Source: Cyanophyceae cyanobacterium
Lineage (GTDB): Bacteria; Cyanobacteriota; Cyanobacteriia; Thermostichales; Thermostichaceae
Assembly (NCBI GenBank): GCA_050330615.1
Contig: JBHJNR010000045.1
Span: forward strand, 1-30,873
Reading direction: 5' to 3'
DNA: 30,873 nt
Numbering within the stretch: the first letter of the stretch is position 1; each line of letters opens with the position of its first letter. The position numbers and the translations under genes are program-made. Shown here piece by piece: positions 25,534 to 30,873 of the stretch. The notes below the pieces were generated by a model. It searched no databases. It was not told where the DNA came from and was given only the letters and a program-made list of their open reading frames with translations.

Positions 25534-27366
25534 ATGAACCCAATTGATTTCACTTTTTCTGATTTGATTGCGGGCTATGTTGTCACCGCTGATCCAACTC
25601 AGGGAATATTTACTCTCAAAACTACCGACGATCGCGAATATACCGTTAAATTTGCTGCCAATACCTATGGATGGGTAGCCAATAATTTGGAGGAGGCTCG
25701 TCAATGGACGAACCCAGATCAGATGAAGGCTTTGGCCGTCCCAGGACGATATTTATACGTCTATGGGATCTATTTCCCCGAGAATGGCGGCAATACTTTT
25801 GAGGCTCAATACCTTGTCTTCCCCACCAAAAAAGAAGACAGCTTTGTGTTTGAGCGGCAAGATTGGTGGGTTCATCAAATCAAGTCTATTGCTGATTTCT
25901 ATCTAGCCGCTCAGTTTGAAGGCAAACCCGTTAACTATGATAACTATCGCACCAGCATTACCCTAAAAGGCGAAAAAGCCACTGATAATTACCGGCAAGA
26001 AACCGATACTATCTCTCGCTTGGTATATGGTTTTGCCTCTGCCTATATGCTGACCGGTGAAGATCGGTTCTTAGACGCTGCTGAAAAGGGGACGCAATAT
26101 CTCCAAGACCACATGCGCTTCTATGATCCTGATGAACGGGTGGTCTACTGGTATCACGGCATCGATGTGCAGGGATCCCGTGAAGTTAAGGTTTTCGCCT
26201 CAGAGTTTGGGGATGATTTCGACGCCATCCCAGCCTACGAACAGATTTATGCCTTGGCTGGCCCCATTCAGACTTTTCGGATCACTGGCGAACCCAGCAT
26301 TTTGCGGGATGCAGAGCTAACGGTCGAACTGTTTGACCGCTTTTTCCTCGATCGCTCAACAGGGGGCTATTTCTCCCACCTGGATCCCATCACCCTCGAC
26401 CCTCGGTCTGATTCCTTGGGGGCCAATAAGGGCAAGAAAAACTGGAACTCCGTTGGGGATCACGCTCCTGCCTACTTGATCAATCTCTATCTGGCTACCG
26501 GAGAAAAGCGCTACGCCGACTTCCTGGAGTACACCTTTGACACCATCGAAGCCCACTTCCCAGACTATGAGCACAGCCCCTTTGTGCAAGAGAAGTTCTT
26601 CGAGGACTGGTCTTTTGACCAACAGCATATGTGGCAGCAGAATCGGGGCGTGGTGGGGCATAACCTCAAGATCGCCTGGAACCTGATGCGGATGTATGGC
26701 CTCACCCCCAAGCCTCAATATGAAGCCTTGGCCCGTCGCATTGCCGAAGAGATGCCCAAAGTGGGGATGGATCGGCAGCGGGGCGGCTGGTATGACGTGA
26801 TGGAACGGATGGTGAAAGAGGGTGAGGAATGGCATCGTTTTGGCTTCCACGACCGCAAGGCTTGGTGGCAGCAGGAACAAGGGATCCTGGCCTACTTGAT
26901 CCTGAAGGGTGTGCTCAAAGATGATGAGTACCTCAAGCTCGCTCGGGAATCCACCTCCTTCTACAATGCCTTCTTCCTTGATCATGACGACGGTGCCGTT
27001 TACTTCAATGTCTTGGCCAACGGGATCCCTTATTTGATGGGAACTGAGCGGTTCAAAGGCAGTCACTCCATGAGCGGCTACCATTCCACCGAACTGTGTT
27101 TCTTGGCAGCCACCTATTCCAACCTGCTGGTGCACAAGCAACCGTTGGATCTGCACTTTAAGCCCAAGCCCAACCACAGCTTTGGCCGCAATATCTTGCG
27201 AGTGGCCCCAGACATCTTGCCACCGGGCAGCGTCAAGCTGGAGTCCGTCACCATTGATGGCGAGCCCTATGACAATTTTGATCCGGCTGCCCTGACAGTG
27301 AAGTTGCCGGAGTCTAGTGAATCTATTCGAGTCAAGGTGCGTTTGGTGCCTGTAGAACCCGTCTAG
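25534..27366 (+). CDS. AGE (N-acylglucosamine 2-epimerase)-superfamily (alpha/alpha)6-barrel protein with N- and C-terminal extra domains (slr1855-like)
   Basis: SRLVYGFASAY, GHNLKIAW, GGWYDVMER, WWQQEQG and GYHSTEL follow the AGE/YihS pattern. ATG 25534 is in frame with the track start at 25465. Confidence 0.8.
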   Translation: MNPIDFTFSDLIAGYVVTADPTQGIFTLKTTDDREYTVKFAANTYGWVANNLEEARQWTNPDQMKALAVPGRYLYVYGIYFPENGGNTFEAQYLVFPTKKEDSFVFERQDWWVHQIKSIADFYLAAQFEGKPVNYDNYRTSITLKGEKATDNYRQETDTISRLVYGFASAYMLTGEDRFLDAAEKGTQYLQDHMRFYDPDERVVYWYHGIDVQGSREVKVFASEFGDDFDAIPAYEQIYALAGPIQTFRITGEPSILRDAELTVELFDRFFLDRSTGGYFSHLDPITLDPRSDSLGANKGKKNWNSVGDHAPAYLINLYLATGEKRYADFLEYTFDTIEAHFPDYEHSPFVQEKFFEDWSFDQQHMWQQNRGVVGHNLKIAWNLMRMYGLTPKPQYEALARRIAEEMPKVGMDRQRGGWYDVMERMVKEGEEWHRFGFHDRKAWWQQEQGILAYLILKGVLKDDEYLKLARESTSFYNAFFLDHDDGAVYFNVLANGIPYLMGTERFKGSHSMSGYHSTELCFLAATYSNLLVHKQPLDLHFKPKPNHSFGRNILRVAPDILPPGSVKLESVTIDGEPYDNFDPAALTVKLPESSESIRVKVRLVPVEPV

Positions 27367-27437
27367 TCCAGACTTAGCGTGACTTGTCCCTCAGCTAACT
27401 CGGCCAAAATTGCTCACCCCGTGTGGAGACCAATGCG

Positions 27438-27773
27438 ATGGATATCACCATCCAGACCAATAACGACATCACCATCGCTCTAGTTGTGGGCGAGATTGAT
27501 GGAAAAACAGCCCCCTCAGCTCAAGAAAGCCTTGTTCCCCTTACCCAAGGTGGGGGAAAACTAATCTTGGACTTGAGCCAAGTGAGCTACATGTCCAGCG
27601 CAGGCCTGCGGGTACTGCTGTTGCTCTATCGACAGATGGCCGGCAACAATGGGCAGATTGCCCTTGTGGGCTTATCAGAAGAACTCAAGGACACCATGTC
27701 CATTACGGGTTTTCTCAAGTTTTTCCTGACCAGTGAAACATTGGCTGATGGCATTGCCGCTCTATCGACCTAA
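27438..27773 (+). CDS. STAS-domain anti-sigma factor antagonist (SpoIIAA/RsbV-like, slr1856-like)
   Basis: GEIDGKTAP and LILDLSQVSYMSSAGLRVLL; the phospho-acceptor Ser is residue 54 counting from ATG 27438. Confidence 0.9.
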   Translation: MDITIQTNNDITIALVVGEIDGKTAPSAQESLVPLTQGGGKLILDLSQVSYMSSAGLRVLLLLYRQMAGNNGQIALVGLSEELKDTMSITGFLKFFLTSETLADGIAALST

Positions 27774-27922
27774 TCAAGGGGGGCGCTATCTCAAGCAGAG
27801 AGACGATCTCTTGTGCTGAACCTATGTGTCTAGCCTCAGTCGGCCATCTTGCATGATGTTGAGCCCTGCCTCACGCTATCCAACCCCACCTTGGGGGTAC
27901 CCTCTATCGGAGACCGGATCCT

Positions 27923-30040
27923 ATGCAACAGCGGATTGATTTCTACCCCACCCATGAGGTGGCAGGATACAAACTTCGGCCGGGGCGAGCGTTTCCGTTT
28001 GGGGCCACCCTTGTGCCAGGTGGGGTTAACTTCTCAATCTTTTCTCGCAGCGCCCACTCCTGCACCTTGGTGCTATTTGACAAAGGGGAGCCTGAACCCT
28101 TTGTGGAGATTCCCTTTCCGGAGGAGTTCCGTATTGGGGATGTCTACACCATGATGGTGTTTGACCTAGATGTGGAAACCATTGAATATGGCTATCGCAT
28201 GGATGGCCCCTTTAATCCAGAGGCGGGCGATCGGTTTGATAGTAGCAAGATTCTGATGGATCCCTATGCCCGTGTGATTGGGGGCAGAGATATTTGGGGC
28301 AAGCCCCCGGACTGGAATGCCGCTTACCAGCATCGGGCCCGGTTAGCCTTTGATGACTTTGACTGGGAAGGGGATCGCCCCCTCGAGATCCCAATGGAGG
28401 ATCTGGTGGTCTATGAGATGCATGTGCGGGGATTTACCAAGGATCCCTCGTCAGGGGTCAAGCATCCCGGCACCTATGCGGCCATCCGGGAAAAGATCCC
28501 CTATCTCAAAGCTCTGGGGGTGAACTGCATCGAGTTGATGCCGATCTACGAATTTGACGAGTTTGAGCACAGTCGGCCTCATCCGTATGAGGAAGGCAAG
28601 ATGCTCTATAACTATTGGGGCTACAGTACCGTTGGCTTCTTTGCCCCCAAAGCAGGCTATGCTGCCACGGGCAAGTTTGGGATGCAGGTGGATGAGCTCA
28701 AAACCTTGATCAAGGAGCTGCACCAAAACGGCATCGAAGTGTTTTTGGATGTGGTGTTCAACCACACCGCCGAAGGCAACGAGCGGGGGCCAACCATCTC
28801 CTATCGCGGCCTGGACAACAAAACCTATTACATGCTGACCCCCGAGGGGTACTACTACAACTTCAGCGGCACCGGCAATACCCTCAACTGCAACAACCCC
28901 ATCGTTCGCAACATGGTGTTGGACTGCTTGCGCTACTGGGCGGCTGAATATCACATCGACGGGTTCCGGTTTGATCTGGCCTCGATCCTGAGCCGGGATC
29001 CCTGGGGTGCGCCGTTACCCAATCCCCCCTTGTTGGAGACCCTGGCCTTTGATCCCATTTTGGGCAAGTGCAAACTGATTGCTGAAGCCTGGGATGCGGG
29101 CGGTCTCTATCAGGTGGGATCCTTTCCGGCCTACGGTCGCTGGGCCGAGTGGAATGGCAAGTACCGGGATACCTCCCGCCGTTTCCTCAAGGGGGAACCA
29201 GGGCACTTGGGAGAGATGGCTCAATGTTTGCAGGGATCCCCTGGCATCTATCATGGCCGGGGCACCACCGCGAGCATTAACTTCATCACCTGCCATGATG
29301 GCTTCACCATGATGGATTTGGTTTCCTATGACGGGAAACACAATGAAGCCAATGGTGAAAATAACAACGATGGCGGCAACGACAACCACAGCTGGAACTG
29401 TGGCTGGGAAGGGCCCACAGACAATTTTTGGATCAATGCCCTCCGGCGGCAGCAGATCAAGAATGCCGTCACCTTTTTGATGGTCAGCCAAGGGGTGCCC
29501 ATGATCCTGATGGGGGATGAGTTGGGTAACTCCCAAAACGGCAATAACAACACCTATTGCCACGATAGTGAACTGAATTGGCTCAACTGGTCGCAACAGG
29601 AACAAAACCCCGATCTGCTGCGCTATTTCAGCAAGATCATCGCCTTCCGCAAGGCTCATCCCGCCCTCCGCAATCGGGATCATTTCCGCAACATGGACTA
29701 CATGGGCAGCGGTTATCCCGATATCTCGTGGCATGGGGTCTGGTCTTGGAATGCTGATTGGTCAGATGAAAGCTTGGTGCTGGCCTTTATGTTGGATGGC
29801 AACCATGCCAAAGGGGGAACCGCTACCGATGACTACATCTATGTGGCCATCAATATGTATTGGGATGCTCTGCCCTTTCATCCTCCTGGTCTGCCAGAAG
29901 GCAAGCGTTGGTATGTGGCCGCCAACACCAGCGTGCCTAGCCCCAATGACATCTATGATGTGGGCCAAGAGCATGAGCTGGGTGACCAAGGGGAGTTCCT
30001 CTTGGGCGGTCGCTCCACTGGTATTTTGGTGGGCCGTTAA
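27923..30040 (+). CDS. glgX: Glycogen debranching enzyme / isoamylase (GH13)
   Basis: NYWGYSTVGFFAP, DVVFNHTAEG, and an intact catalytic triad in DGFRFDLAS, IAEAWD and NFITCHDGFT. Confidence 0.95.
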   Translation: MQQRIDFYPTHEVAGYKLRPGRAFPFGATLVPGGVNFSIFSRSAHSCTLVLFDKGEPEPFVEIPFPEEFRIGDVYTMMVFDLDVETIEYGYRMDGPFNPEAGDRFDSSKILMDPYARVIGGRDIWGKPPDWNAAYQHRARLAFDDFDWEGDRPLEIPMEDLVVYEMHVRGFTKDPSSGVKHPGTYAAIREKIPYLKALGVNCIELMPIYEFDEFEHSRPHPYEEGKMLYNYWGYSTVGFFAPKAGYAATGKFGMQVDELKTLIKELHQNGIEVFLDVVFNHTAEGNERGPTISYRGLDNKTYYMLTPEGYYYNFSGTGNTLNCNNPIVRNMVLDCLRYWAAEYHIDGFRFDLASILSRDPWGAPLPNPPLLETLAFDPILGKCKLIAEAWDAGGLYQVGSFPAYGRWAEWNGKYRDTSRRFLKGEPGHLGEMAQCLQGSPGIYHGRGTTASINFITCHDGFTMMDLVSYDGKHNEANGENNNDGGNDNHSWNCGWEGPTDNFWINALRRQQIKNAVTFLMVSQGVPMILMGDELGNSQNGNNNTYCHDSELNWLNWSQQEQNPDLLRYFSKIIAFRKAHPALRNRDHFRNMDYMGSGYPDISWHGVWSWNADWSDESLVLAFMLDGNHAKGGTATDDYIYVAINMYWDALPFHPPGLPEGKRWYVAANTSVPSPNDIYDVGQEHELGDQGEFLLGGRSTGILVGR

Positions 30041-30122
30041 GGATAGGGATCCCTCGTTGAAATACCTAGCGACTTGACCGAAGAATTGATAAGTTTGTTT
30101 ACCTTTGATTTGGAGACTATCT

Positions 30123-30443
30123 ATGGCTTTCAACTGCACATTAGACCTCGTTGATTCAATCGCCAAAGTATTCCTATCTGGAGAACTGGACGCCAGTGCG
30201 GCCGGACAATTTAAGGCCAAGGTTGAAGAGGCAGCAGCAGGACATCCTAAGAAGCTGGTGCTGATGATGCAAGACCTCGAATTTATGGCCAGTGCGGGGT
30301 TAAGGGTTTTGATCTTTGCCCGTCAAAAGATGGGAGCTGATGTAGATATTTATGTGGTGGGAGCCCAGGAAGGCGTGGTCGATACACTGATGAAAACGGG
30401 CTTTAACAGAAGTGTCATCTTGCAAGATACTTTTGAGGAATAA
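30123..30443 (+). CDS. STAS-domain anti-sigma factor antagonist (slr1859-like)
   Basis: LSGELDASAA and LEFMASAGLRVLIFARQK; the phospho-acceptor Ser is residue 57 counting from ATG 30123. Confidence 0.9.
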   Translation: MAFNCTLDLVDSIAKVFLSGELDASAAGQFKAKVEEAAAGHPKKLVLMMQDLEFMASAGLRVLIFARQKMGADVDIYVVGAQEGVVDTLMKTGFNRSVILQDTFEE

Positions 30444-30653
30444 CCCTGAGGGCACAACCACCCAGATCTAGGCTTAGATCTAAATAAGGATTGGATCTAG
30501 ACAAAACTCAGAGGGCATCATTTGTTCAGTAGATAGTTATATTGACTGTGATCTTATCTCCCTTGTCTAGATGCAGTTCTTCTTATCCTGTGGGAACTAT
30601 CTTCAGTATCCTACTGAGATTTTGCACTACCCAACAGCCCACAACAGGGATTT

Positions 30654-30873
30654 ATGCAGGCTATAACTGTTCCCGGAGTTTTAGACTCCCTTTCTTTGAT
30701 TGCCGAACTCATCAAAGCCGCAAGTGCAGAGGCTCAACTCTCTAAGAAAGCTGCTTACAATCTTCGACTCGCTGTCGATGAAATTGCCACTAACATCATC
30801 ATGTATGGCTATGAAGATGCGAATATAGAGGGCACCATTGATGTTCATGTCTCAATGGATGATGATGCTCTAA
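30654..30873 (+). CDS. RsbW/SpoIIAB-like anti-sigma factor Ser kinase (HATPase_c), N-terminal part truncated by the window end; not in the ORF track
   Basis: Hand translation from ATG 30654 gives MQAITVPGVLDSLSLIAELIKAASAEAQLSKKAAYNLRLAVDEIATNIIMYGYEDANIEGTIDV..., containing the N-box LAVDEIATNII. Confidence 0.85.
   Translation, partial: MQAITVPGVLDSLSLIAELIKAASAEAQLSKKAAYNLRLAVDEIATNIIMYGYEDANIEGTIDVHVSMDDDAL

Larger units (their letters stand above)
1628..30053. repeat. Dispersed highly iterated palindrome GGGATCCC (HIP variant of hot-spring Synechococcus/Thermostichus)
   Basis: Perfect copies by eye at 1628, 3198, 3394, 3803, 4018, 4321, 4365, 5177, 5644, 6139, 6245, 8995, 9492, 10271, 11061, 13093 and onward to 30046, plus many 7/8 variants. 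Confidence 0.9.

Noticed and set aside
357-30220. Numerous overlapping or antisense ORFs in the track (e.g. 9215-9892, 26356-27177, 29015-29734)
   Set aside because: They are shadow frames of well-supported genes in GC-rich coding sequence and show no independent motifs.
30460-30505. Three closely spaced (a/g)gatcta motifs
   Set aside because: They are too short and irregular for an array, and GATC-containing words are over-represented throughout this genome.
1-30873. CRISPR array, tRNA, rRNA, integrase or transposase gene
   Set aside because: No regularly spaced repeat-spacer series, cloverleaf or rRNA-like sequence, or recombinase/transposase motifs were seen by eye. A tRNAscan/Infernal run would be needed to exclude small RNAs.

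Overview
This looks like chromosomal DNA from a thermophilic cyanobacterium of the Thermostichus (Synechococcus OS-A/OS-B') type. That is an inference from the dense GGGATCCC highly iterated palindrome and from cyanobacterial genes such as bicA and aas. Gene order from left to right: (1) amidase 3' end, two tandem MFS paralogs, an NfsA-like flavin reductase, a D-2-hydroxyacid dehydrogenase and an Old Yellow Enzyme. (2) An AT-rich islet with a dGTPase (dgt) gene that the ORF track shows only as a 349-aa fragment. By hand translation the gene starts at 6644 and is split by a 99-bp TA-flanked MITE-like insertion (6755-6853); removing it restores a 473-aa frame. (3) A minus-strand SulP - universal stress protein - BicA block. 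(4) A TIGR03960/TIGR03936-type radical SAM fusion, an AT-rich Fic gene, DUF58 and acyl-ACP synthetase. (5) A 10-kb plus-strand cluster running off the window end: two Nif11-like small proteins, DJ-1/PfpI, a ThDP enzyme, DJ-1/PfpI, an AGE-family epimerase, STAS, GlgX, STAS and an RsbW-like kinase. From recall, the 3' half matches the Synechocystis icfG (slr1854-slr1861) partner-switching cluster. I cannot assign the 5' module (Nif11-like pair, atypical DJ-1, ThDP enzyme) to any characterized pathway, so it is the best candidate for an undescribed system. No rRNA, tRNA or CRISPR array was seen. All family assignments come from motif recognition, not database searches.
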